Shown: positions 53,978 through 64,000, numbered from the stretch's first letter. The stretch: DNA of 64,000 nucleotides from an uncultured archaeon (GCA_964586355.1 CAZPGO010000011.1:6634-70633), one strand, 5' to 3'. Made by a program: numbers and translations. The notes: generated from the sequence alone by a model not told the origin.

Positions 53978-56557
53978 ATGATAATTATGGCTGTAGAAAA
54001 ATTAAAAGGCGATGGATCAGATCCATTTGATAAATTAGAACAAGGCATAGATGATAGTATCTATAAGAGTAATCAAAAAGAATTCCCAAACAAACCAAAA
54101 ACCCCAAAAATCAAACCAGCTCTTTCTTTTTTAACAGATCTTGATGACTCTAAAGTAGTCTATATTGGTAGAAAAAAATCTGTGCTTAAACAATATGGAA
54201 ATACCTCTTCTGCTTTTTTAGGAATGGTTAATGAAGAGGATTGTAATGGTGCTAAAGTTCATCTAGATGGGCTAAATCCACACGTGGTTTTTATTGATGG
54301 TTCTAGAGGTTCTGGAAAAAGCTATGGTCTTGGAGTAATAGCTGAAGAGCTTGCAAAGAAAAATCCTTATATAGGTCAAATAGTTATAGATCCTGTTGGT
54401 GTTTTTTGGTCTATGAGATTTCCAAATCAGGAAAGAAAAGAACTAGAGCAGTTAGAAAAATGGGGGCTCTCTCCAGAAGGCTTAAACAACATAAAAGTTT
54501 TTGTGCCTGAGGGCATGGCAAATAAGATCTCTAAAGAGACCTATGATGAAACCTTCTCTATGTATCCATCTTTGTTATCTACTGACGATTGGTGTTTGAC
54601 CTTTGGTATAGATAGATTTAATCCAACAGGTTTATTGTTAGAAAAAACCCTTTCACATGTAAAGCACGGGTTTGTTGCAAAACTAGAAGAAGATAAAGAG
54701 GATAAAATTCGTCCAAAGGGTAATCAATTTACTTTAGATGATATTATTTATTGTTTGCAATACTGTAAAGAATTTAAATCCAGTAGCACAGGATATAAAC
54801 CAGACTCAATAAGAGCCCTAGTTTCAAGATTTGATGCAGCAAAGTCATGGGGGATATTTAGTGACCATGGAACCCCCTTATCTAAGTTATCTAGAGAAAA
54901 TCAATTAACTATTCTAGATACCAGTTTTTTAGATGATAACATAAGTGCTTTAGTAATAGGTATACTTTCAAGAAGAATACTTTCTGCAAGAAAATTAGTA
55001 ACAAGACAAGATGCTATTAAAAAATTTGATGATAACACAGAAAACCCGGATGAATTACTAGAACTGGAAATACCCCCTACTTGGTTGTATATAGATGAAG
55101 CACACACACTAATACCATCAGGAAACACCATAACACCAGCAACAAATGCAATCATCGAATATGTAAAGCAGGGGAGAAGGCCCGGTTGTTCAATGGTTTT
55201 TGCCACACAACAACCGTCAGCAATTAACAGTAAAGTTTTATCACAGGTGGATATTTTTATTAGTCATAAACTAGTCTTTAATGATGATATCTCTGCAGTA
55301 CAAAAAAGAATGCCAGCAATTATTCCAGGGGAATACAAAAACCCAAATTTCATAAAAACTCTTCCTGTTGGTGTTGCTCTAATTGGTGATAGAGGAGAAG
55401 AGACTTCTAGAGCTTTTATAATTAAAATAAAACCTAGATTAAGTCAACATGAAGGCAGAGATGCTGAGACCATAAGAGAAGTTATAAAAAAAGATTTTGA
55501 TGAAGTTCTTTCTATGGTTGTAGATCTTATTGAAAAAAAGTTATTAAAAGTAAAACAACTAAAGGTTTCTGATGCTAAGGATATTTTAGACATTATAAAT
55601 ATAAAATATAAATCAAATGTAAATTATAAACAACTAAGAATTCCATTATTAGAAAAAAACATAATAGAGAGAGAAGATTATTTGTTTTTTAAAACAGAAA
55701 AAGTAACTAAACAAAAAGCAGAGATCCCTAAAGAAGAACAAGATGCTATAACAGATGTGTTAAATGAATATGAATCAAATGAAAGTTCTTTAGATGATGT
55801 TGAAAAAAAAGAATCTACTATTTTATTAGATAAAATAAAAACCTTACCAGTAAGAATTCCAAAAGAAATAGCAGAAAACAAATCTCAAAGAGGTATTTTA
55901 AAATTTTTAAATAAGAAAAAAATAAAAAGTTCTTTTTTAGAATATAGAAAGATCTACAAAATAAATTTTAACTATTTTGATGAAAATAAACATTTTGCAG
56001 AATTAGTTGCTTACTTGGATTCTGTTACAGGAGAGTTTTTACATTTTGATAAAAATTGTTATTTTAAACATTCTACTGGTTTGCCATTAGTAAAAGATCT
56101 AGGAGAGAATGAACTTTTAATTTTACAAACCCTAAACGAACCAAAAACATTACAAGAAATAGCAAAAGAGTTAGAAGCTCCTCAAGATCTGTTAAAAAAA
56201 GATTTAATTTCTTTAGTTGATAGTGGAATATGTGATGTTAAGGTAATCAATCAAGAAGAATATTTTTTAATAATTACAAAAAAAATAGATGTCCCTTATG
56301 ATCCATTATTAAAAATAATATCTAGCCTCTCTGAACTTCCATTAAAGTCTGAAGAAAACATATTAGAAGAGGCAATTGAATCAGAAAACTATACTAAAGA
56401 AGACTTTGAAACAATATTTTTAAAGCTTTGGAAAACAATTGAGATTACAGAAGTATCTAATATCTTTTGGCCAATCTGGAATATTGTTTTTGAAAATACT
56501 CAAAAAGATTCTTTTCCTGCTCTAAAAATAGATGCTGTGTTAGGTCAAAAAATATAA
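53978..56557 (+). CDS. HerA/FtsK-superfamily (DUF87-like) ATPase with about 350-aa C-terminal extension containing a winged helix
   Basis: Walker A DGSRGSGKSYG, Walker B WLYIDEAHTLIP, GRRPGCSMVFATQQPSAINSKVLSQVD. C-terminal ELLILQTLNEPKTLQEIAKEL is wHTH-like. Start is ATG 53978 or 53987. Confidence 0.7.
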   Translation: MIIMAVEKLKGDGSDPFDKLEQGIDDSIYKSNQKEFPNKPKTPKIKPALSFLTDLDDSKVVYIGRKKSVLKQYGNTSSAFLGMVNEEDCNGAKVHLDGLNPHVVFIDGSRGSGKSYGLGVIAEELAKKNPYIGQIVIDPVGVFWSMRFPNQERKELEQLEKWGLSPEGLNNIKVFVPEGMANKISKETYDETFSMYPSLLSTDDWCLTFGIDRFNPTGLLLEKTLSHVKHGFVAKLEEDKEDKIRPKGNQFTLDDIIYCLQYCKEFKSSSTGYKPDSIRALVSRFDAAKSWGIFSDHGTPLSKLSRENQLTILDTSFLDDNISALVIGILSRRILSARKLVTRQDAIKKFDDNTENPDELLELEIPPTWLYIDEAHTLIPSGNTITPATNAIIEYVKQGRRPGCSMVFATQQPSAINSKVLSQVDIFISHKLVFNDDISAVQKRMPAIIPGEYKNPNFIKTLPVGVALIGDRGEETSRAFIIKIKPRLSQHEGRDAETIREVIKKDFDEVLSMVVDLIEKKLLKVKQLKVSDAKDILDIINIKYKSNVNYKQLRIPLLEKNIIEREDYLFFKTEKVTKQKAEIPKEEQDAITDVLNEYESNESSLDDVEKKESTILLDKIKTLPVRIPKEIAENKSQRGILKFLNKKKIKSSFLEYRKIYKINFNYFDENKHFAELVAYLDSVTGEFLHFDKNCYFKHSTGLPLVKDLGENELLILQTLNEPKTLQEIAKELEAPQDLLKKDLISLVDSGICDVKVINQEEYFLIITKKIDVPYDPLLKIISSLSELPLKSEENILEEAIESENYTKEDFETIFLKLWKTIEITEVSNIFWPIWNIVFENTQKDSFPALKIDAVLGQKI

Positions 56558-56570
56558 AAGTGATAATCTT

Positions 56571-56891
56571 ATGAGTACAGAACCTAAAGAAGAATTAACA
56601 ATAAACAGTTTTTTATTAGACTCTTGTAAAGCAACTCCAGGTTTTGAATTCTTTCCAAAACTGAATATAAAAGTGGATTTGGAAAAACTAGTAATGAAGT
56701 TAAGAGGCAAAAATTATTTTATAGAAAAAGATAGTTCTCCCTTTTTAGTTGTAATTAAAACAAAGAAAGGAGAAACAACCATATTTAGTTCCTTAAAAAT
56801 AATTGTCAGAGAAGTAAAAGATCAAAAAGAAGCAAAAAAGATTCTAACAGAATTACTAAAAACCATTAATGAACAAATTATGCAAGAGTGA
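56571..56891 (+). CDS. hypothetical 106-aa protein
   Basis: A GTGAT SD precedes the ATG. The last 10 nt overlap tRNA-Ser(CGA). No confident family. Confidence 0.35.
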   Translation: MSTEPKEELTINSFLLDSCKATPGFEFFPKLNIKVDLEKLVMKLRGKNYFIEKDSSPFLVVIKTKKGETTIFSSLKIIVREVKDQKEAKKILTELLKTINEQIMQE

Positions 56892-56970
56892 CTGAGTCTG
56901 GTCGAAGGTGCTCGGCTCGAGACCGAGTAGTGGGTAATACCACTCATGGGTTCAAATCCCATCTCTTGCG
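56882..56970 (+). tRNA. tRNA-Ser (CGA)
   Basis: Acceptor gcaagag/ctcttgc, anticodon stem ctcgg/ccgag, loop cTCGAga, 18-nt variable arm (agtgg/ccact stem), T-arm atggg-ttcaaat-cccat. Confidence 0.85.
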
Positions 56971-57042
56971 TTTAGAAGGGTTTTTTAAAGTATTTGTTTA
57001 TTATTTATTTTAGCAAAAAAGTTTTTTTGGTGAAAAATAAAA

Positions 57043-57759
57043 ATGATATCTACAAAAAATATTACTCTTTTTAAAAAAGGCTTAGAAAATATAACCCCCT
57101 TAATTCAAGAAACTAATGTTAGATTTAAGGATGATGGAATATATATAAAAGCAATAGATAAAACACAGATATTGTTAGTAGATTTTTTTATGTCCAAAAA
57201 GGCTTTTGATAGTTATTCAATTGAACCAACATTAGTTGGTCTAAATATTTTAGAACTTCAAAACATGGTTTCTAGATCCTTTGAACAAGATAAGTTAGAG
57301 CTTAATTTAAAAGAACAAAATCTAGAAGTTTTTTTAAATGGAAAAATAGAAAGAAAATTTCAATTGCCTTTTTTAGATCTCTCTGAATCTGATGTTAATT
57401 TACCTAATCTTAATTATGATGTAACCATAAATATGAATGCCGGTTTATTAAAGGAAATAATAAAAGATGTTAGCTTAATTGGATCTACTATACTCTTTAA
57501 AATTCAAGGAAATAAGTTCATAATAGAATCTATTGGAGAAAAAGGTCAAATAAAAACAACTATTCCAGAGATTAAACCAAAATCTAAAAAAAATATTTCT
57601 GTTAAGTTTTCTTTATCTTTTCTAAAAAACATAACAAAATCTATGGATAATGATTCAACATTATTAATCAAGCTTGCTGAAGACATTCCTATATATATTG
57701 AATATGCTCTAAGTAAAGAATGTAATATTAAGTTTTATTTAAGTTCTATGCTTTTATGA
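57043..57759 (+). CDS. pcn: DNA polymerase sliding clamp (PCNA)
   Basis: 238 aa with a two-domain PCNA-like pattern. The N-terminus reads FKKGLENITPLIQETNVRFKDDGIYIKAID. Confidence 0.85.
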   Translation: MISTKNITLFKKGLENITPLIQETNVRFKDDGIYIKAIDKTQILLVDFFMSKKAFDSYSIEPTLVGLNILELQNMVSRSFEQDKLELNLKEQNLEVFLNGKIERKFQLPFLDLSESDVNLPNLNYDVTINMNAGLLKEIIKDVSLIGSTILFKIQGNKFIIESIGEKGQIKTTIPEIKPKSKKNISVKFSLSFLKNITKSMDNDSTLLIKLAEDIPIYIEYALSKECNIKFYLSSMLL

Positions 57760-57786
57760 TCTAATAAAAAAAAGATTTATAAAAAA

Positions 57787-59667
57787 CTATTTTAAAGAAT
57801 AGATCTTTTTAATTTTTATTAAAAGATCTTCCTTTTTCTTAGAATCTTTAAAAGCGTGTTCTATAACTTCCCAAATGGTCTTTACAGGAATTATCTCTAT
57901 ATCCTTAGATATTTCTTTAGAGAGTACAAGATCTTCTTTATTAGACTCAGGAATAATAACTGTTTTTATCTTAGCTGTGTTTGCCGCACCAACTTTAGCT
58001 GTAACTCCACCGATAGGTAGTACCTCTCCTCTAATTGATAAAGATCCTGTCATTGCAACACTTTGTTTTATTGCTATGTTTTCTAATACAGAAATTATTG
58101 CTGTTGCTATAGATATTGATGCTGAGTCTCCTTCAACATTATAAGTTTGTAAAAACTGAACATGTATATCGTAGTTAGAAATATCTTTTCCAGTTATCTT
58201 TTTAATAATTGCAGAAACATTTTCTACAGATTCTTTTGCAATATTTCCTAACTGACCAGTAGCTATTATTTTTCCTTGTGTTTGTGATTGAGCAGGAGCT
58301 ACTTCGCACTCTATTGGTAGTAATAGACCAGCATCTGTTTCATTCATAACTGCTAGACCATTTACTCTTCCAATAACAGCCCCTTTTGTTTTTATAATAT
58401 CATAATCTTTTTTAACAGCCATCATTTTAGTAACTATTTGTTGTTCTAAAGTCTTTGCGCTGTTTTTTGCATCTAAAACAATTTTTCTAGAAACTGTTTT
58501 TTCTCCTCTCTCTATTGCAAGATCTCCTGCTGTTCTTATCAATCCACCAAGCTCTCTAAGTTTTAAGGTTAAACTATGTTTTCTTGTTGCTCTTTTTTTA
58601 GCCTCAAAAATTATCTCATCAACAGCATCTTTACTAAATGCAGGAATCTTTTTGTCTTTTGCGATCTCTTGAGCCACAAACTGCACTATTTTATTTCTGT
58701 TAGTAATTGTGTCTGGCATATCAATATTCATATAACACTCATAACCAGCACCTCTGATTCTAGATCTAATTGCTGGGTGAACTTTATCTAAATCATTATA
58801 ATTACCTGCTGCAACCAATATAAAATCACAAGGTGCAGGAGTTGTCCTTACCATTGCCCCACTAGACATCTCTGATTGTCCTGTAATACTAAACTTTTTT
58901 TCTTGTAATATTGTTAATAGATCTTGTTGAGATTTTGGAGAAAGTGCAGAAATCTCATCAATAAATAATACTCCCCCATGAGCTTTATGAATCATACCAG
59001 GAACAACTCTAAAATGTGGTGGTGTTCCAAGCCCTCCTGATTGTAAGGGGTCATGTAAAACATCACCAAGTAATGCTCCTGCTTTGGCTCCAGTAGCATC
59101 AATAAATGGAACAGTTTTTGTTTTTTGATTATTTATTAAGATTTTTGGAATTAATACTTTTTGTTTCTGCATCATTTGTAGACTTAAGGCACTAGAGACC
59201 ATTATAAACCCAGATAATAATAACATTGCTGCAAACACAACATCAGGAACCCACCCAAGTTTCCAAAAAATTATTGCTAACAGTAACCAAGCTGTAGGTA
59301 ATATTAAACCCATTAATCTACTAGACCCCATGGATTTAGCAGACTCTAATTTTGCTTCATCTACTATTTTTTTACCTTCTCCTGCATTTACTTCTTTTAC
59401 TATTGGTGTGTGGCTATCCTCTTTATTTGGATATACTAAAATATCAGTTAACTGGTTTGTTGGAAGCATTTCAGCAAGAGCAGCAGCAATCATGGATTTT
59501 CCGGTACCAGGGGCACCTATAAGCATTATGTGTCTTCTTTGTTTTGCTGCTTTTTTAATAATCTTAATTGCATCTTCTTGACCAACAACTTGATCAATTA
59601 ACATTTTTGGAACAATTATTTGGCTTGTATCTTTATAATCTAACTCTTTTTCTTTTTTTTCTACCAT
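57787..59667 (-). CDS. lonB: archaeal membrane-bound Lon protease (LonB)
   Basis: Walker [10 protein letters not shown], two TM helices inserted in the AAA domain, protease domain with GDSASISIA and GGVTAKV. Confidence 0.9.
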   Translation of the reverse strand: MVEKKEKELDYKDTSQIIVPKMLIDQVVGQEDAIKIIKKAAKQRRHIMLIGAPGTGKSMIAAALAEMLPTNQLTDILVYPNKEDSHTPIVKEVNAGEGKKIVDEAKLESAKSMGSSRLMGLILPTAWLLLAIIFWKLGWVPDVVFAAMLLLSGFIMVSSALSLQMMQKQKVLIPKILINNQKTKTVPFIDATGAKAGALLGDVLHDPLQSGGLGTPPHFRVVPGMIHKAHGGVLFIDEISALSPKSQQDLLTILQEKKFSITGQSEMSSGAMVRTTPAPCDFILVAAGNYNDLDKVHPAIRSRIRGAGYECYMNIDMPDTITNRNKIVQFVAQEIAKDKKIPAFSKDAVDEIIFEAKKRATRKHSLTLKLRELGGLIRTAGDLAIERGEKTVSRKIVLDAKNSAKTLEQQIVTKMMAVKKDYDIIKTKGAVIGRVNGLAVMNETDAGLLLPIECEVAPAQSQTQGKIIATGQLGNIAKESVENVSAIIKKITGKDISNYDIHVQFLQTYNVEGDSASISIATAIISVLENIAIKQSVAMTGSLSIRGEVLPIGGVTAKVGAANTAKIKTVIIPESNKEDLVLSKEISKDIEIIPVKTIWEVIEHAFKDSKKKEDLLIKIKKIYSLK

Positions 59668-59747
59668 GTTTTATCTTATTTAAAAATTAGTTATAATATA
59701 TTATATGTAACAACTTTATTAAAAACATATTTGTTATAAAGATATTT

Positions 59748-60671
59748 ATGTCAAACAAAATTAAAATAACTTTTTTAGGAACAAGTGCAAGTGTTCCAAC
59801 AGCAAAGAAAAATTTAACAAGTGTTTTGCTTAATTATCAAGGAGACAATTATCTTTTTGATTGCCCAGAAAATGTTCAGCAACAGATTATGAAAAGTAAG
59901 CAAAGTTTAATGAAAATAAAACATATTTTCATAACCCATTTTCATGGAGATCATTTTTTTGGAATCTTAGGGCTTTTAGCTACTATGAATCTTAATAACA
60001 GAGAAGAGGACTTAACTATTTATCTTCCAGAGAAAAATAAAAAATCTTTTTTAGATCTACTCTCTTCTGCAAAAATAGTTAGTAATTTTAAGATTAATCT
60101 TGTTGGTATTAAAAAAGAACAAACAATTCTTAAAAATAAAAACTTAACAATAACTTCTGTTAAGTTAGATCACACAATACCAACATATGGTTTTTCCTTT
60201 AAAATAAAAGATACTTTGGGAAAATTTAATAGAGAAAAGGCATTAAAATTAAAGATCCCAGAAGGTCCATTGTTTTCAAAATTGTCTGAAGGCAAATCTA
60301 TAAAACTAAATGGAAAAATCATTACTCCTGAGATGGTTCTTGATGAAAGTAAAAGAAAAACGGGTAAAAAAATACTTTATTTAACAGACACCAAAATAAT
60401 AAAGCCTAAAAAGATCTTAGAAAATTCAGATATTTTAATACATGAGTGTACTTTTGGAAAAGATGAAGAAAAAAAAGCAAATCTTGTAAAACATTCTACC
60501 TCTGTTGGTGTTGCTGATTTTGCAAAAAAAATAAATGCAAAATATTTATATTTAGTTCATATATCAAGTAGATATCAAGAAACAGATCAAATATTAAAAG
60601 AAGCAAAAAAATTTTTTAAAAACACAATAATTCCAAAAGATCTTGATTCTTTTGAAATTGATGATTATTAA
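59748..60671 (+). CDS. rnz: ribonuclease Z
   Basis: ITFLGTSASVPT and the HFHGDH motif; 307 aa. Confidence 0.9.
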   Translation: MSNKIKITFLGTSASVPTAKKNLTSVLLNYQGDNYLFDCPENVQQQIMKSKQSLMKIKHIFITHFHGDHFFGILGLLATMNLNNREEDLTIYLPEKNKKSFLDLLSSAKIVSNFKINLVGIKKEQTILKNKNLTITSVKLDHTIPTYGFSFKIKDTLGKFNREKALKLKIPEGPLFSKLSEGKSIKLNGKIITPEMVLDESKRKTGKKILYLTDTKIIKPKKILENSDILIHECTFGKDEEKKANLVKHSTSVGVADFAKKINAKYLYLVHISSRYQETDQILKEAKKFFKNTIIPKDLDSFEIDDY

Positions 60672-60672
60672 T

Positions 60673-61365
60673 TTATTTAAAAGAAAAACATTTTCCTGGA
60701 TCTAAAATTACAGGATTTATTGGAAATCTTAGATTACTTAATTTTTCTGTAAATTGATTAATGTTAACCTTAATATCTTCAAAGGTATTATACTGCATAG
60801 GAATAACTACTTTTGGTTTCATTTTTTTAACAGCTTGGACTGCTGACCCAATATCCATTGTATACCTACCACCAATTGGTAAGAATGCAATATCTGCCTT
60901 TATATTATCATGTTCGTTTGTAAGATTAGTATCTCCTGCAAAATAAATATTTTGCTCTTTATAATTTAAAAGATAACTTAATGGATAAAAAGATGTTGGA
61001 TGATGTGCAGGATGAGCTGTGTATTTTATATCTTGTAGTAATCTTGTTTGGTATTCATCAATTGAGATAAGATTATTTCTTTGATTCTTTTCTAATTTGT
61101 TAAGAATACTTTGATGAGCAATAATTTTAGAATCGTATTTTTTTACTAAATAATTAGCAGCATCAATATCACAACTATCATAGTGTTCATGACTAATTAA
61201 TACAACATCTATTTTTGGTATTTTAGTTATTTTCTCAGAACAACCAATTAATCTCTTGTAATTACAAACCTTCTCGTTACTAAAATATGGATCTGTTAAT
61301 ATGTTTTTGCCGTTTATAGATATTATAAAAGAAGAGTGCCCCAAGTACTTTACTTTAATAGACAT
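60673..61365 (-). CDS. metallo-beta-lactamase-fold hydrolase
   Basis: VKYLGHSSFII, SHEHYDS, GD...PIGG. Distant paralogue of 48966..49622. Confidence 0.7.
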   Translation of the reverse strand: MSIKVKYLGHSSFIISINGKNILTDPYFSNEKVCNYKRLIGCSEKITKIPKIDVVLISHEHYDSCDIDAANYLVKKYDSKIIAHQSILNKLEKNQRNNLISIDEYQTRLLQDIKYTAHPAHHPTSFYPLSYLLNYKEQNIYFAGDTNLTNEHDNIKADIAFLPIGGRYTMDIGSAVQAVKKMKPKVVIPMQYNTFEDIKVNINQFTEKLSNLRFPINPVILDPGKCFSFK

Positions 61366-61494
61366 AATAATATTAGAGCGAAATCTTATTTAAGTTAATC
61401 TTTTTTAATAAAACAGTTATTTTCTCTTTTTAGGTGTTTTTTTAAATATTTACTACTATAATATAATATAGAAATACATTAAAGAAAGAAAAAA

Positions 61495-62298
61495 ATGAAT
61501 AAACAAAAAACTCTTCTAGTATTGCTGATGGTTTTATTTTTCATAAATGGAATATCTGCAACAGAAATAAATGATTTTGATATAGTTATAGATGTTCGCT
61601 CTCCAAACTCAGCAACAATAACTGAAAAATGGAAAGTATCTGTAGAAAATGAAAATGATCTGATTTCTTTTAAAGAAAGCATACTTGCAGCAAATGTTGA
61701 TTTAATTAAGTTAGAAGCAATAAACAAAAATCTTAAACCACATATATACATCAACAAATTTTCAAAGCTCTCAGTAGAATTTGATGAAATTGATTTGGTT
61801 GTAAAACTTGAGTATTCAACAGAAGACGTTATTCTAATAAAATACCTAGATTACGAGGATCAAATAATTTGGGAGTTTAATGAAAATCTTTTAAGTAATT
61901 TTGTTGAAAGTGGTTTATATCACATTCCAAAAAACTCTAGAATAAAAGTATTTATTAACCACCCTTTAATAATCGGGGATGTTTTACCAAAAGGCACACT
62001 AGAAAATAATTCCATAAATTGGACTGGTATTTCTACAAATGAAATCAGACTTTTGGCTATCGAAAAGAAAATACCTCTAGCAACTTTTAATGTTTCTGAT
62101 TTTTTTAATAAAGTTTATCTTAAAGGTGTATTTTATTATACCATGATAGCAATAATTTTTATAATACTTGTTTTATTATTATTTAAAAAAAAAGTAAGTA
62201 AGGGAATAAAATCTTTTGTTAGAAAACATTCCATAATAAAACAAAAAAAACAAATTAATGATGTTATAGATATAGATCTAGTTAACAAAAAAGAGTGA
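61495..62298 (+). CDS. secreted, C-terminally anchored protein, hypothetical
   Basis: Signal-peptide-like N-terminus and a C-terminal TM helix (YYTMIAIIFIILVLLLF). Confidence 0.35.
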   Translation: MNKQKTLLVLLMVLFFINGISATEINDFDIVIDVRSPNSATITEKWKVSVENENDLISFKESILAANVDLIKLEAINKNLKPHIYINKFSKLSVEFDEIDLVVKLEYSTEDVILIKYLDYEDQIIWEFNENLLSNFVESGLYHIPKNSRIKVFINHPLIIGDVLPKGTLENNSINWTGISTNEIRLLAIEKKIPLATFNVSDFFNKVYLKGVFYYTMIAIIFIILVLLLFKKKVSKGIKSFVRKHSIIKQKKQINDVIDIDLVNKKE

Positions 62299-62312
62299 AT
62301 TTTTGAAAAAAT

Positions 62313-63803
62313 ATGCAATTAAATAAAATAGAAGCAAAAGTATATGAAGCAATTAAGGAAAAAAAAAAGATTAATCTTGAAGATCTATTACTGTTTTTAA
62401 AAGAGATAAATGAAGATACTATTAGAAGATCTTTAGAAATTCTAAAAAGAGAAGGACTAATAGACGAAAACACAATAATTTCAAAAAAATATAGTTTAGA
62501 TAAAAATGGACTTGTTGCTCTAGAAAATGGATTTATTGAAGAAAATTTTTGTAACTATATTAAAGATAAAAAAATAAAAATAAGTGATCTTTCTACATTA
62601 GAAATACCAAAACTAAAAAAAGAAGAGATCTCTTTAGCATTTGGTCTAGCAAAGAAAAAAAATTATGTTACTATTGTTGATGGATTTATTTTTGTTAGTG
62701 AGGGTTTCTCTGCAGAGGTTGAAAAAGAGAAGCAGATCTTAGAATCCATAAAATCAAATAAAAGTGTTTCAAAGCAAGAGGTAGACTCTCTTCTAAAAAG
62801 AAAAGATTTTATTAAAGAAGAAGATGTTTCTTATAAATCCTATAAATTGTTACAAATAGTTTACTATGAAACAATTTCAGATAAGGAGCTATATCTAACC
62901 AGTGAACATCTAAAAACAGGAGATTATAAAAAAATAGATTATAAAGAATTTGATGTAAGTGTATTGCCAAGACCAAAAGATATTGGCAGAATACATCCTT
63001 TAAAAATAATAATAAATCAATTAAGAGATCTATATTTAGAAATGGGATTTAAGGAAATGAAAGGTCCATATGTAGAAACCAGTTTTTGGAATATGGATGC
63101 TATGTTTATTTCTCAGGACCATCCTGCAAGAGACTCACAAGATACTTTCTTTTTAAAAGAGAGTGGTTCTTTACCATTAGATGAGCTCTTAATAGAAAAT
63201 GTCTCTACCATTCACAAAAATGGAGGCTCAACAGGCTCTTTTGGTTATCAGTATGATTGGTCAGAAGCACAAGCCAGATCTTTAGTTTTAAGAACACATA
63301 CAACTGCTGTTACTTTTAGAACATTATATGATCTATCCACTGAAGAAAAACAATTCTCAAAATATTTTTCTATAGGAAAAGTTTTTAGAAACGAAACAAT
63401 AGATTCCACACATTTACCAGAATTCCATCAAGCAGAAGGTTTTGTAATTGGTCCCAATCTAGGTCTTGCTGATCTATTAGGTTTTATTAAAGAGTTTTTT
63501 AGTAAACTTGGAATTAATGAAATAAGATTTAAACCAACTTATAACCCTTACACAGAACCAAGTGTTGAAGCCTATTGTTATCTGGAAAAAGAAAACAGAT
63601 GGGTAGAAATAATTAATGCAGGAATATTTAGACCAGAAGCAACAACACCTTTTGGAATAAGTAACAATGTTATTGCTTGGGGCCTTGGTGTTGAAAGATT
63701 AGCAATGTTACTCTACAAATGCAATTCTTTAAAAGAAATACATGGTGATGAACCTAATTTGGATTGGTTGAGAACATATATTTTACCAAAAAGACATTTA
63801 TAG
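62313..63803 (+). CDS. pheS: phenylalanyl-tRNA synthetase alpha subunit
   Basis: Class II motifs (HPARDSQDTFF, FRNE, GLGVERLAML); archaeal-type N-terminal wHTH repeats. Confidence 0.9.
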   Translation: MQLNKIEAKVYEAIKEKKKINLEDLLLFLKEINEDTIRRSLEILKREGLIDENTIISKKYSLDKNGLVALENGFIEENFCNYIKDKKIKISDLSTLEIPKLKKEEISLAFGLAKKKNYVTIVDGFIFVSEGFSAEVEKEKQILESIKSNKSVSKQEVDSLLKRKDFIKEEDVSYKSYKLLQIVYYETISDKELYLTSEHLKTGDYKKIDYKEFDVSVLPRPKDIGRIHPLKIIINQLRDLYLEMGFKEMKGPYVETSFWNMDAMFISQDHPARDSQDTFFLKESGSLPLDELLIENVSTIHKNGGSTGSFGYQYDWSEAQARSLVLRTHTTAVTFRTLYDLSTEEKQFSKYFSIGKVFRNETIDSTHLPEFHQAEGFVIGPNLGLADLLGFIKEFFSKLGINEIRFKPTYNPYTEPSVEAYCYLEKENRWVEIINAGIFRPEATTPFGISNNVIAWGLGVERLAMLLYKCNSLKEIHGDEPNLDWLRTYILPKRHL

Positions 63804-63824
63804 TTATTAAAATTTTGATTAATT

Positions 63825-64000
63825 ATGGCAATATTAGATACCTCTTTACAAAAGATAAATAAAAACATAAATAAAGAATTAGATATTAATTCATTAGAGC
63901 AGATCTTATTTGATTTCGGTTTAGAAATAGAAGCCTATAATTCTGAGAGTGATGAACTAAAAATAGATGTTACTGCCGAAAGATCAGATCTTTTGTCAGA
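63825..64000 (+). CDS. pheT: phenylalanyl-tRNA synthetase beta subunit (5' partial, runs off window)
   Basis: Hand translation MAILDTSLQKINKNINKELDINSLEQILFDFGLEIE...ERSDLLS, directly after pheS. Confidence 0.7.
   Translation, partial: MAILDTSLQKINKNINKELDINSLEQILFDFGLEIEAYNSESDELKIDVTAERSDLLS

Noticed and set aside
53138-56970. Integrated mobile element bounded by tRNA-Ser genes acting as att sites.
   Set aside because: No integrase, transposase or viral genes are present. The identical sequence blocks belong to complete isoacceptor tRNA genes and are not partial att duplications.
1-64000. CRISPR arrays, rRNA genes, RNase P RNA or SRP RNA, and transposons.
   Set aside because: No regularly spaced direct repeats, and no long GC-rich structured segments apart from the six tRNAs. 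The only mobile-element hallmark is the intein homing endonuclease.

Overview
Strongly AT-rich, gene-dense archaeal chromosomal segment of about 80 genes. By inference it comes from a small-genome DPANN-type archaeon: the information-processing genes are archaeal, there are many lysine-rich orphan proteins, and biosynthesis genes are scarce. Content falls into these groups. (1) Replication and repair: tmk, MCM, Topo VI B/A, an orphan Mre11, RadA, PCNA, one histone. (2) Translation: aIF2-beta, aIF1A, RIO kinase plus a Dim2-like KH protein, ArgRS, PheRS alpha and the start of beta, and six tRNAs (Cys-GCA, Arg-TCT, Gly-CCC, Ser-TGA, Ser-GGA, Ser-CGA). (3) The archaeal exosome superoperon: Rpp30-like, Pop5, PsmA, SBDS, Rrp4, Rrp41, Rrp42, L37Ae, RpoP, Brix, Pcc1, prefoldin beta. 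(4) A fermentative block: ackA, porGDAB, ACD alpha, and a very small [FeFe]-hydrogenase-like protein. (5) An ArsR-NifS-NifU operon. (6) A HaeIII/NgoPII-like type II restriction-modification pair. (7) Transporters and proteases: uracil permease, Kef-type antiporter, LonB, a presenilin-like protease. The observations most worth follow-up are listed here. (a) A 372-aa LAGLIDADG intein sits inside the TPP-binding subunit PorB. (b) Two paralogous type IV pilin-like N-terminal modules carry eukaryote-like adhesion domains, one fibrinogen-related and one FGE/C-type-lectin-like; the second pair is inserted into the exosome superoperon and split by a single in-frame TAA. (c) The hydrogenase-like ORF keeps the H-cluster cysteine motifs in only 288 aa. 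(d) A HerA-like ATPase with a long wHTH-containing C-terminal extension lies in a tRNA-Ser-flanked block. (e) Three genes with good Shine-Dalgarno/ATG starts are interrupted by one in-frame stop codon each. No CRISPR array, rRNA, transposase or integrase was seen.
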